Positions 46,093 through 56,044 of a stretch of 64,000 bases of DNA are shown here, in pieces (the first letter of the stretch is position 1; each line of letters starts with the position of its first letter). The stretch is from Histomonas meleagridis 2922-C6/04-290x (Eukaryota > Protista > Parabasalia), in NCBI GenBank assembly GCA_020184695.1, contig JAANOX010000273.1, positions 62,001 to 126,000 of the forward strand. The letters run 5' to 3'. The position numbers and the translations under genes are program-made. The notes below the pieces were generated by a model. It searched no databases and was not told where the DNA came from. It saw only the letters and a program-made list of their open reading frames with translations.

Positions 46093-46464
46093 TTACAATT
46101 TTGTTCGCCAAAACACCGGAGGTTGTGTTTTTGTTTGACGAAATAAAGTTGCTCCTGTTTCTGGCTTTGATACTTCTACTGAATGGAATTTTTGGTTTGT
46201 TAATTGCACAACATTATCAACTTCGTCAATTGAACATAATTGAAAACTGATTACATTATCAGATCCTTGAGGCCACTTTGCTTCATAAAGTTCTTCCACT
46301 GCATTTAAAGCAGCTTTTTGATTTGAGAAAATAGCATATCCAGAATCATGAGCACTTGAAAAGTATAAAAACTGTACATTACCAAAGCATTCTAATTGGC
46401 GCTTCCATTCGCTCACGTCAGTATTTTTTGGAAGTCCATCAAATCTCACAGCTTGACTTGCCAT
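46093..46464 (-). CDS. ACIN1: Minimal Acinus-like protein (RRM + RSB motif)
   Basis: RRM ending LYEAKWPQGS (Acinus: LHGVKWPQSN) and C-terminal LFRQTKTQPPVFW (RSB motif: LFRKTKAxPxIYW). Confidence 0.65.
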   Translation of the reverse strand: MASQAVRFDGLPKNTDVSEWKRQLECFGNVQFLYFSSAHDSGYAIFSNQKAALNAVEELYEAKWPQGSDNVISFQLCSIDEVDNVVQLTNQKFHSVEVSKPETGATLFRQTKTQPPVFWRTKL

Positions 46465-46487
46465 TATAAGGAGAGACGTTTATTTAT

Positions 46488-47459
46488 TTATTCCACTTTT
46501 TCTTTGATTAGTGGGTCGCTGTATTTTGAGAGGTTATCGGCATAAATTAGGGCACCCAAACGGAAAAGAGGGATAAGAGGTGCAACTAATAACTGTAAGA
46601 AAAAGTTGTTTGATGGCTCAATTCCATAATTAATCTCGAGCATAATGTACGACAAGAATTCCATTGTGATATAATAATCACCTCTGTCAATTCCTCTAAA
46701 GATCATTGAGGCAATATATTCTGGTTTGAAAAGTGTACAAGTACCTTCAATCTTTTGACATGATAAAGGTTTCTTAAGGCATTCGACTTTATATCCAGGG
46801 GTATCAACAGATGATATAATCGAAAAATGAATTTTAATTCCTGTATGCTTAAACTCATTTCGAAGTGTATCACCAAGTCCACGAAGAGCAAATTTAGCTG
46901 AGCCATAACCTGCATATCCGCTAAATGTGTATATACTACAGATACTGCCAGAAAAGTTTACATGAGATCCTTCGCCCAAAAATGGAAGTGCAGCTTTCAT
47001 TGTCAATAACGCACTAGTAAAGTTGACATTTGTTTGTGACTCAATGTCATCATATGTCATATCTTTTAATAATTGTGGTTGTGCAGATCCAGCATTTATA
47101 AATAAGAAATCAATCTTTTTCATATGATTTCGAATTTCATCAAAAGCAGAAATCACTTCACTGACTTTACATAAATCGGCAGAAATTGTGATGATTTCTT
47201 GGTCAGGTGTTGTTTTCAATGATTTTTTGGCAGAATCTAATTTCAATTGGTTACGTGCGATCAAAACGACCTTGCCAGCACCTCTGTTAAAGCTTTCTTG
47301 TGCAAGAGAAAGACCAACACCAGATGATCCTCCTGTGATTACAACTGTTTTATTTTTAACATCAACTTTTTTCCAATAATACTTGCGGATTATAAAGACA
47401 ATTAAAGCGATAATTGCAATGATAAAGTATACTAGAAGAACAATTGAACCTAAATTCAT
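46488..47459 (-). CDS. KDSR: 3-ketodihydrosphingosine reductase-like SDR
   Basis: N-terminal TM segment, ITGGSSGVG, NAG, YGSAKFALRGL, VDTPGY and a C-terminal hydrophobic segment. Confidence 0.8.
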   Translation of the reverse strand: MNLGSIVLLVYFIIAIIALIVFIIRKYYWKKVDVKNKTVVITGGSSGVGLSLAQESFNRGAGKVVLIARNQLKLDSAKKSLKTTPDQEIITISADLCKVSEVISAFDEIRNHMKKIDFLFINAGSAQPQLLKDMTYDDIESQTNVNFTSALLTMKAALPFLGEGSHVNFSGSICSIYTFSGYAGYGSAKFALRGLGDTLRNEFKHTGIKIHFSIISSVDTPGYKVECLKKPLSCQKIEGTCTLFKPEYIASMIFRGIDRGDYYITMEFLSYIMLEINYGIEPSNNFFLQLLVAPLIPLFRLGALIYADNLSKYSDPLIKEKVE

Positions 47460-47775
47460 TGCTGAAAATTTTTTATAGAGCTAAATTCCTTTGCGCCAAA
47501 AGAACCTCAAAAAGTGGAAATAAAGACTTTGTAAACACAAATTGTGTTGGTCGATACAGTAGAAGGCTCAATATTTGACCGTTAATTCAAAACGCTGGTA
47601 TCGGAGCTACCGTTAAGATTAAAAATGAGGCATTTGTTGAAACAAAAAAGCATTTATTCATCAAATAAGCACCCTCAAAGAGGTTTATTGTGAAGAGTAT
47701 TTTGTATTTGGTAAAATTAATAAAACAATTAAAAAAACATATAGAAAGTTTGAGATGAAATAGTCTCACATAAGC

Positions 47776-48555
47776 TCAATTTTGTTCAGGGACAGCCACA
47801 TTCAGGGCTTTTTCTTGTAAAGGTAATGGAATATTTGGTACATTAATTGAAACTGTTGGTTGAATATGTTTTATGGTTTCTTGATTCTGGCCTTGAATAC
47901 CTTGACCTCGGTCAGCCATTTGAAGCTGTTGGAAGTATGGGATAAAGAATTGGAAATTAAATGGATTCTTTTTTTGAGAACTTTCATATCTGTATCTACA
48001 TTGTACATCTGTCCTGTTCCCCATCTCTTTGGAAATCTTTGACCATGAGTGATTTCCATGAATTTGAACTAATTGAAAAAGTTTCAAATCTTCTTCATGT
48101 GTCCATCTATCTTTTTTCTTGCTTGGGTCAAGGCACCGCAACCATCTTTGACCACACTGAGAGCGTGATCGACCATTTCCAACAAATTCACAAACTTTTT
48201 GCCAATCCGCAAACCCGTAATGATATATTCCAGCAAGAAGAAGTTCATCTTCATCGAGGGTCCACGGGACAGATCTATGCCTTACGTGATGATTTGCAGG
48301 TGGAGACTTTGGAGTTGAAAAATTTGATATATTATTTGGTTGCGAACTGAGAACTCTTTTTAACTTGTAAATAGCTTGAGTGTCATATCCTTTTCCCCTT
48401 ATTGTTTCGCAGGCTTGTTCTAGATCAATTTCTTTATTGATGAAATCTGAAAATAATTTCTCCAATTGTTTTCTTGCTTCTGGTTCAATCTCATTTGGTG
48501 GTTTTCCTGTTGTAACATAAAGAGCAACATCAATTAGTGGCTTGGGAAAAGGCAT
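47776..48555 (-). CDS. R2R3 Myb transcription factor
   Basis: WTLDEDELL...WQKVCEFVGNGRSRSQCGQRW and WTHEED...RTDVQCRYRY. Confidence 0.92.
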   Translation of the reverse strand: MPFPKPLIDVALYVTTGKPPNEIEPEARKQLEKLFSDFINKEIDLEQACETIRGKGYDTQAIYKLKRVLSSQPNNISNFSTPKSPPANHHVRHRSVPWTLDEDELLLAGIYHYGFADWQKVCEFVGNGRSRSQCGQRWLRCLDPSKKKDRWTHEEDLKLFQLVQIHGNHSWSKISKEMGNRTDVQCRYRYESSQKKNPFNFQFFIPYFQQLQMADRGQGIQGQNQETIKHIQPTVSINVPNIPLPLQEKALNVAVPEQN

Positions 48556-49265
48556 CAGTTAATTTTACGAATTGAAACAGTTGAATTTTCTTTTGAATTT
48601 TTGAGCTTTTCTTAGATCAATTTGAGTAGGAAATAATCGTTAAATTGGACGTTTGTGGTGAAAAAGTTATACTCAACATTTATTTAACGGTCGATAACCT
48701 TTTCTCCTTGTTGAAAAAAACCCCACAAAAATAATAGATTTTCACCTACGCATATAAACATTGCATTATATTATTTGAATAATCATCATTTGTTGTTTCA
48801 CGAAGCAACTTAACTATTTCTATATGACTAAAATGCAAAATCAATTTTATTTTAAAACAAAAAATTCTCAAAATATATGTAAAATTAAAAAATCAAATTA
48901 TAGTAAATAGAAAATAAAACAAACAATAGCAGGTCTCTAAACCCACAAAATTTTCTCTCTTAAGACCAAGTAAAGCCAACAGAGATCAAAAAACGATAAA
49001 TATTAAGAAACAAACTCAGTGAAATTAGTTTTAACTTTTTGAATGTTTGTGGTGTCCATATAATACATGTCGTTTTACTTCAACCAAATTTGTAAGCATT
49101 TTATTTATATTGGAAGCCAAATAAGTGTTCAAATGGTGGTGTTGCTGTTTTATTTCCCCATTTTGAATCGATTCTGACATCTTGGGCTTAAGGGCGACCG
49201 TTAACTTATGAAATTTGTGAACAGCTGTTATTTGAAAATGACGATAAAAATAATTGTTTGAATTT

Positions 49266-49273
49266 AACGGTTA
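49266..49273 (+). promoter_or_regulatory. M3-like motif AACGGTTA
   Basis: Lies 5 nt before the ATG at 49279; the same octamer is at 63573..63580 upstream of NOP10. Confidence 0.5.
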
Positions 49274-49278
49274 TAAAA

Positions 49279-49871
49279 ATGGAGTTTCGCATTACGATAA
49301 TCGGTGATTCAAATGTTGGAAAAACACAGATTGTTACTGGATTAAAAATGGTGAAAACCCGCCAACGAAACTTGAACCAACAATTGGTTCTATAATTTAC
49401 TATTATGAAAATCTATCAGTTGATGATTATGGTACGAAAGCTAATGTTCGTATTGAAGATATATCAGGAGATCCGAATTCTCAATTTCTTATCAAACAAG
49501 CCAGTCTCACAAGTACTGGCACTGCAGTTATTCTCATTGTTTATGATGTTTCAAATCGGGAGACATTTAAACATATTGAGTACTATGTTTCATTTTTCGA
49601 GGTAATGTACGCTGTTATAATTTTAGTTGGAAATACAGTGCAAAATAAAGAACGACAAGTTTCATATGATGAAGCTTCCCAAAAAGCTGATGAAATAGGA
49701 ATGTACTATCTCGAAGTAAACACAATCACAGGTGAAGGCATTGATAAGCTTATACACGACTCATATTATTATTATAATCGGAATCCACCAAAACATCCAT
49801 CTAGGGAAGGTTTTATTATAGAGCCAGAACAGGTTGCGACAGGACAGAAGAAAAAATGTTATATTCAATAA
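49279..49871 (+). CDS. Divergent Rab/Ras-like small GTPase (1-nt frameshift near 49336)
   Basis: IIGDSNVGKT, PTIG, EDISGD, LIVYDVSNRETF, LVGN and a C-terminal KKKCYIQ CaaX-like end. Confidence 0.75.
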
Positions 49872-50611
49872 ATAGTGGAGGTTTGTTATTTCATTGACGC
49901 AAGCGAGATGTTAACATAAGTGCTGTTGAAAATAATATAAAATTATTAAAATTAGTTTAAATTATATACTTGTAACTTTACTTTTTCTTCCTTGAATATA
50001 AAGAAATCTATGTTCGAACAATTAATTTTTGGTTTGAATAAAGATAATTTTGAAATCAGTTTTGACAAACAATGGAATCATTTGATTTAAATTTCCCATT
50101 ATCATACAATTTAATAATTTGTAATTTCATTTATTATGGTTTTTTATCAAGAAAAGAAGTGGGTGATTTATATTTAAATTTTTTGTAACTTGATTCAATC
50201 AAAAGAATCAGATATTAATAAAAATAGTTCAAAAATGATTGATACTTTTAGTGTCACTATTTGATTCGAATGGATTTACATAAATCATATTATTTAATTG
50301 AGAAAATGATTGAGCGAAACATGATAAATAAAAGGTGGTACCAATCACATAAATTCATATTATTTTATACATTATAAAACAGAAGGAAATATGTAAAAAT
50401 TCTTTTCTAATTCTTCTTTTTTTATGTTTCAAAGCATTGAAAATTATGATGAACTTTCAAAGAATGTTGGGGACTTCATAAAAAATATGATCTATCATAC
50501 GAAATTTCAGAATTTTCTAAAAATATTTTTATTTGATGATACAACAAAATTTTATCAATAAAAGAATGTTCACTTATTAACTACAAAACAACAAATATTA
50601 AACAATTCTTT

Positions 50612-52163
50612 TTATTTATTTAGAAACAAAAAATAAGTTAAAGCTAACGCGATTAATCCTATTCCAATAGCTTTCCTAAAAGCTCGATAAAATTTTTGCC
50701 TACGAATCAGCTTTGCTATTTCATTATGATGCAAGCGATCTGCTAACAGAAGTGCTGTATTAAATAATTTAAATAATTTCTAAATATTATTTTGAAATAT
50801 AAAATTCTTAAAACTAATATTAAACAAAACAAACACATATCTTTAACATCAATATCAATTCCTTTTTGCTCAAGAAGTAATTCAACTATTTTTTTATAAT
50901 CATATACAGATGCCAATATAAGTGCTGTCATAAAAAATTTATATAATTTCCAAATATTATTTTGAAACATTAAATTCTTAAAATTAATATTAAATAAAAC
51001 AAATAAATATCTTTCGCATTTATATCAACTTTGATATGTTTTAGAAGATACATAACAAGTTCGACATTTCCAGAATGCGAAGCGCATATTAAAATATCAT
51101 TTGGAATATTGTTTTCTTGAAGAAAATGTTTAATGAAGAATAAATTTCCGATTTTTGCTGCTTTACCAATAATTTCCTCGTTGACTTTCATTCCCTCTTT
51201 AAGCAAAAATATAAAAATTTCATAATTATCATATATAATACATTTCTTTCCTAATTTTTCCAAATTATTAATTTCTTCAATTTTGTTTTCATAAAGATAA
51301 TAAAAAATATCATTTCGATGAAACTTAATTGCTGCTTTATATGATTCTTTAAATGTTGAATTGTTTTGCTCACATAAATGAATTATCTCTAAATTTCCAC
51401 CAGCAACAGCATATTTACCTGTGTTTTCGACATCTGCGCCATTTATAAGTAAATATTTAAAACATTTTACTGCAGAAAAAAATGCTGCATAATCAATGAA
51501 ATAAACATAATTATTGATAAATGAACATCTTTCATAAAGTGATGGTTGAACTATTTGATTAAAATCGAAATCTTCTTGTGTTGATATTTCTTGAAGTTTT
51601 CCTATTTCATCATTTCGAATTATTTTTGAGATTTCATTTGGATTAACTCCTTCTTTAATTAATTGTTTATGAAGTTCCCAATCATTCTTGGAAAGTTCCT
51701 CATGATTGTTTATGAAATAATAATCGCATTCATATGGTACAATTAAAAAACGTTGTAACAATTTTATTTGTTCTTCTTTTGGTTTATAATTTATAAAATT
51801 CATATAATCATAATTTTTAAGAATTTTTGAATCAATTAAATTTTGTTCAAACATTTTTGATAATAGATAAAGTGATTCTTTGGTCTGTTTTTCAAGAAGA
51901 AAATTTGAAAATGCATCATATATTTTGGAGTCGATTTTATTGGTTTCTTCGAATTCTTCAATTTTCATTAAAAAATTGATGTATGCAGATGAATCATATG
52001 GATTTGAAACAAACGATGAATGTACAATATGACTAATAATAAAATTAAAAGAAAATGAATAGTTATAATCAAATAAATCAATTAATGTCTGCACTGACGA
52101 TTGGTTGCTCAAATCAAAAATCTTTTGTTGAATTGTTTTAAGTTTATCCAATTCATTCAACAT
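50612..52163 (-). CDS. Ankyrin-repeat protein with a C-terminal TM anchor; frame broken by two 80-nt inserts (50929..51008, 50759..50838)
   Basis: ...VDINAKD / TALILAS...GIDIDVKD / TALLLADRLHHNEIAKLI...AIGIGLIALALTYFLFLNK*; upstream YAAFFSAVKCFKYLL family motif. Confidence 0.75.
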
Positions 52164-52300
52164 GATTATGTATGTTTAAAAAACAAAAAATGGGAAACGA
52201 ATGGATTCCTTTAGAATGACACACTCGTTTTTTCTGAAATATTGTTGACACGTCAAAAATATTGAATAAAAATTCAATACAAAATGATCGTTTCATTTAT

Positions 52301-54148
52301 ATGGAAGATGACTGGAAAGTTGGGCAAAAAATTCAATTTCTACGAATGAATGCTACAATTAAATATATTGGGCCATACCATGCAAAGCCAGGGAAGTGGA
52401 TTGGACTTGAGTTTGATGAGCCGAAAGGAAAAAGTAATGGAATTATTAATGATGTGAAATACTTCGATTGCAAACCTAATTCAGGGTTATTTGTCCAATA
52501 TGAAACTTTCTTAAAAGCAATGAAAAAACCAACTAGCAAGAAATCACCCACTGTTTTTCCAAAATCAACCGATGATTTGAAATCAAAAACCATGATTGAT
52601 TCTCCTCCTTCTAAACATAATAACGAAATGGCGTCTTCAAAGTCAGAAAATCTTTTATCACCAATGAGTGATAATTCCTTTGATGAAGATAATGAAATAT
52701 CTTTAGAGACACAATACATTAACCTAGAAAAAACGTTAAAACACGAAGCGAAAAAAGCAAAAGATATTGAAAAAAAAGTTGCTCAGCTTACTCAACAACA
52801 TCAATTAAAACTCAAACAAATCAAAGACAACTTTGACGAAGAACTCCTTAAAATACAACTAAAATACGCTATTGAGATAGGTGACCTTGAGGAGAAGCTT
52901 TTATCGGCCAAACAACTTGAGAGAGAAGTTCGACAAAAATCTATTCATAATCGACATATTCCAATTCTTGATCTCCTAAGTCAAATAAACATCGAATACC
53001 AAAAGCTTGAGTCAGATTTACAAGAAATCTCCACTCGACAAGAGAAAAAAATATCTAAAAAAAAGAATAAAAAGAAACTTCTTGAAACGCAACTCCAATC
53101 ACAGATATCGAAGCTCAATGAACAACGCGATGCCATTTCCGAAATAGATGATAAATATCAACGATGCTTAAATGAATTAAAAGATCAACTTCCAGCATCA
53201 CAAGAATTTAATACCTTAAACATAAAAATTGCAGAACTAGAACAAAGCATTGAACAAGGAACACGAAAACTTAAAATGGCGTCAATTGGCAACGAAGTCA
53301 ACAAGGAATTCATCATGAAAATTAGAGAAAATTTCAATCCAACATTTGAATTGCTTTTTCGGTTTATCAGAATTAAGCACAAAATCGACTTTTTGAGCAG
53401 TATCGTAAAAGACGATACGAGCAAATTTTATATTGAAAGTTTGCTTCATCTTATTGATTGTGCGTTATTTGTTTTCCAAAATAATGTCAACAATTTTAGT
53501 GAATCCACGAATCTTTCCAATCATTTAGCTAAACTTGAAGAAAATTTAGATCATAAACGATTTGAAGATTTAGATCTCTTGAATCAAATAACATCATTAC
53601 TTCAAAAGCATACGCCAATACCATTACATCTTGCGACTACTTCACATTTAATTAAATCCATTTCCATTAAATGTGAATCTTCAACAACGAAAACAATTTT
53701 AGAAAACTTTTCGCATAAATTTCCTTCGATTTTTCATCCACTAAAGTATACTGAGGCGAAAGAAAACCTCGAAAAAATTGCGCTCGAAATTCGAGAGGAA
53801 CTTCATAAAGCAGAAGACAACCAAAGTTTTTTTGTTTCGCAGTTTGATTCGAAGTTACAAAACTTTTTTGCAAATTCGAAACAGAATTCGAATCAATTTA
53901 ATCTTCAAAAAGAAGAAAAATCCGAAAACGTAACGACAAATGGCAATGATGATAATGACGATGATAAGGAATTACTCGAATTACGTCGTAACGCAAATGA
54001 TCTCGATTCGGTACTCGACGTGTTGAATAAGTATAACAACGCACTAAATAAGAGAAGAACGAAAATAGAGAAAGAAATAAAGAAAACAAAGAAAGACATA
54101 AAGACATATGAGGAACAGCTGGCAATCTACGAAGAATTTAATAAGTGA
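52301..54148 (+). CDS. CAP-Gly + coiled-coil protein (p150Glued/CLIP-like)
   Basis: GKWIGLEFDEPKGKSNG...YF.C....GLFV CAP-Gly motif followed by a long coiled coil; Inr at 52293. Confidence 0.9.
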   Translation: MEDDWKVGQKIQFLRMNATIKYIGPYHAKPGKWIGLEFDEPKGKSNGIINDVKYFDCKPNSGLFVQYETFLKAMKKPTSKKSPTVFPKSTDDLKSKTMIDSPPSKHNNEMASSKSENLLSPMSDNSFDEDNEISLETQYINLEKTLKHEAKKAKDIEKKVAQLTQQHQLKLKQIKDNFDEELLKIQLKYAIEIGDLEEKLLSAKQLEREVRQKSIHNRHIPILDLLSQINIEYQKLESDLQEISTRQEKKISKKKNKKKLLETQLQSQISKLNEQRDAISEIDDKYQRCLNELKDQLPASQEFNTLNIKIAELEQSIEQGTRKLKMASIGNEVNKEFIMKIRENFNPTFELLFRFIRIKHKIDFLSSIVKDDTSKFYIESLLHLIDCALFVFQNNVNNFSESTNLSNHLAKLEENLDHKRFEDLDLLNQITSLLQKHTPIPLHLATTSHLIKSISIKCESSTTKTILENFSHKFPSIFHPLKYTEAKENLEKIALEIREELHKAEDNQSFFVSQFDSKLQNFFANSKQNSNQFNLQKEEKSENVTTNGNDDNDDDKELLELRRNANDLDSVLDVLNKYNNALNKRRTKIEKEIKKTKKDIKTYEEQLAIYEEFNK

Positions 54149-54510
54149 ATTTGTGATTTTATTTGTAATTAATAAAAATTTAATTATAATATTTTTGTTA
54201 AAAATTTCGTATTATAAAATGTGGTAACGTTTTGCACAAAAATTTAATACTGTTCATTATGCAATAGATTCTATTTATAAATATGGAACTGTTCCAGCCT
54301 AAATGGAAATATCAGTATGTAATTAGAGAAATTCACATGTTTGAAGAAAAACTATGGCTTTCCAAAGATGAATCAATAACAATATGTTATGTAATGGTTT
54401 ACAATTTAATTTGAAATTGCTTACTAAGCAATTTGTAAACAAGATTTGATAAATTTGGAACAATTTTGATGGAAAAAGATGTTTTTAAAGAAAAATGGGT
54501 GTAAAATTTT

Positions 54511-54918
54511 TTATTTGTAGCATGGTCCATCGAACCCGATAGCAGTCAAGCTTGTTCTTGGAACAAGCAATACATCACGTGGGTCACCATCAGAATGGAC
54601 TTTAACGTCATTTTTGCTACCAAATTGAGAGTGCAAGATGAAATTAGCGAAGGTTAAGTATTTATCATCGTATTCAACAAGAGTTCCTTCGAGAAAGGCT
54701 CCTGTGTTGAGGAAGCAGACAGTTTTCTTATTCAGATAAAAACTTATCTTGTCACCTTGATATCCTGATAGATATTGGGCTCCTTGTGAATATTGGTTTC
54801 CTGGTTGGTATTGGTTTCCGGGTTGGTATTGGGTTCCTTGTTGGAATTGGGTTCCTTGCGGGTATTGGGTTCCTTGCTGGTATTGGTTTCCTGGTTGGTA
54901 TTGGCCTGCGCGATTCAT
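54511..54918 (-). CDS. Q/Y/G-repeat protein with an Sm/LSm-like C-terminal domain
   Basis: MNRAG(QYQPGN-like repeats), then YLNKKTVCFLNTGAFLEGTLVEYDD...VLLVPRTSLTAI, an Sm1/Sm2-like pattern. Confidence 0.65.
   Translation of the reverse strand: MNRAGQYQPGNQYQQGTQYPQGTQFQQGTQYQPGNQYQPGNQYSQGAQYLSGYQGDKISFYLNKKTVCFLNTGAFLEGTLVEYDDKYLTFANFILHSQFGSKNDVKVHSDGDPRDVLLVPRTSLTAIGFDGPCYK
54788..54905 (-). repeat. 18-nt coding tandem repeat (~6-7 units)
   Basis: CAATACCAACCAGGAAAC-like units encoding QY(Q/P)(P/Q)G(N/T). Confidence 0.9.
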
Positions 54919-55530
54919 TAAGTGATTTGACTTTTGTTCAAACCTTTTTGACGGCAGTTGGCAAATCAAAATTGAATGAAAAATGATCGTATTCAATTTA
55001 AACCATGTTGTAAAAAGCCGGTGGTTAATTAACCACTACAGAATTAACGTAAGGTATTTCAGTAATTGAAAAACAACTCAAACAATAAGGAACAGATTGA
55101 ATGCTTATCGTCTTTTTATTGCAACGTTTTGACTTTTGTGTTGAAATTGATGGTTTTGCACCAAACGGGCATTCAAAAAGCCGCTACTATGTGCGGGTTT
55201 GATTCTTTTTGCTGGCCAAATGCTTGGAAAAATAATATCTGGAGAGAATCCCTTATCAAAATTTTATAAGTGCTTATAAAATAATATTTGATTTCCTTCG
55301 TATTTAAAAATTCTTTATAGTTCCATTCCCAAAGCATTCATTTTATTTAGAAATATGTCTATAATATTTTTGCAATAATAAAAAATGAAAAGCCATATGA
55401 GTTTAATTAGAAGTTTAGATTCAAAAAGAATTTTAATCTTAGTCAAGACCAAAATAAAAATTAATTTTTATTTTTGATCTAAAAGTTTGTTTTAGGTTAA
55501 AAAATAAATATCATTATTATTGATGTACTT

Positions 55531-55646
55531 AGAAGGGATATCCCTTATTGCGCAATAAGGTGTTCCCTCCTGTGGGTCGCTTTGTAGTAGGCAAAGGCCC
55601 ATACGTTATGCGTTGGACGAGACACTGTCAACCAACTTTCCCTCTT
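55531..55646. other. GC-rich structured island (candidate ncRNA or element end)
   Basis: Overlapping perfect palindromes at 55533..55546 and 55543..55560, followed by two stem-loops. Confidence 0.4.
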
Positions 55647-56044
55647 ATAGATTTCTTTTTAATTTTAAAATTATTTGTAATGTATTTAATACATTTCAGA
55701 TTTTAGAATATAAGAACAGTAGACAAATTTTTATACAGATATAATAATTTTTTAATAATTTTATTTGAATTTAGTCACTTTCCATTTAAATTTGTATGTA
55801 CGATACAATACACAAACGGTCATCTAAGCAAAAACTGGACTCCCCAATTAACCACATCTAAACCATTATATACGAGTATTGTTGAAGAAATGTTTAAAAT
55901 ATTTTTATTTACTGTTTAATTTTATGATTTTTTTTTGTGAGTATCGTTCATTCGTATCGAAACAAATTTTGATGGATTTGTAACCGCAAAATATATTCAA
56001 AAAGTCATTTTTTCTTCTTTGTCGAGAGCCTCCGATAATGAATA

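Noticed and set aside
50759-51008. Reading the ankyrin inserts as ordinary GT-AG or AT-AC introns
   Set aside because: No GT/AG or AT/AC pair I tried keeps both the KD and TAL frames, and there is no ACTAAC branch motif.
55582-55590. GTAGTA resembling the U2 snRNA branch-recognition sequence
   Set aside because: The flanking U2 stem I, stem IIa and Sm site are not recognisable.
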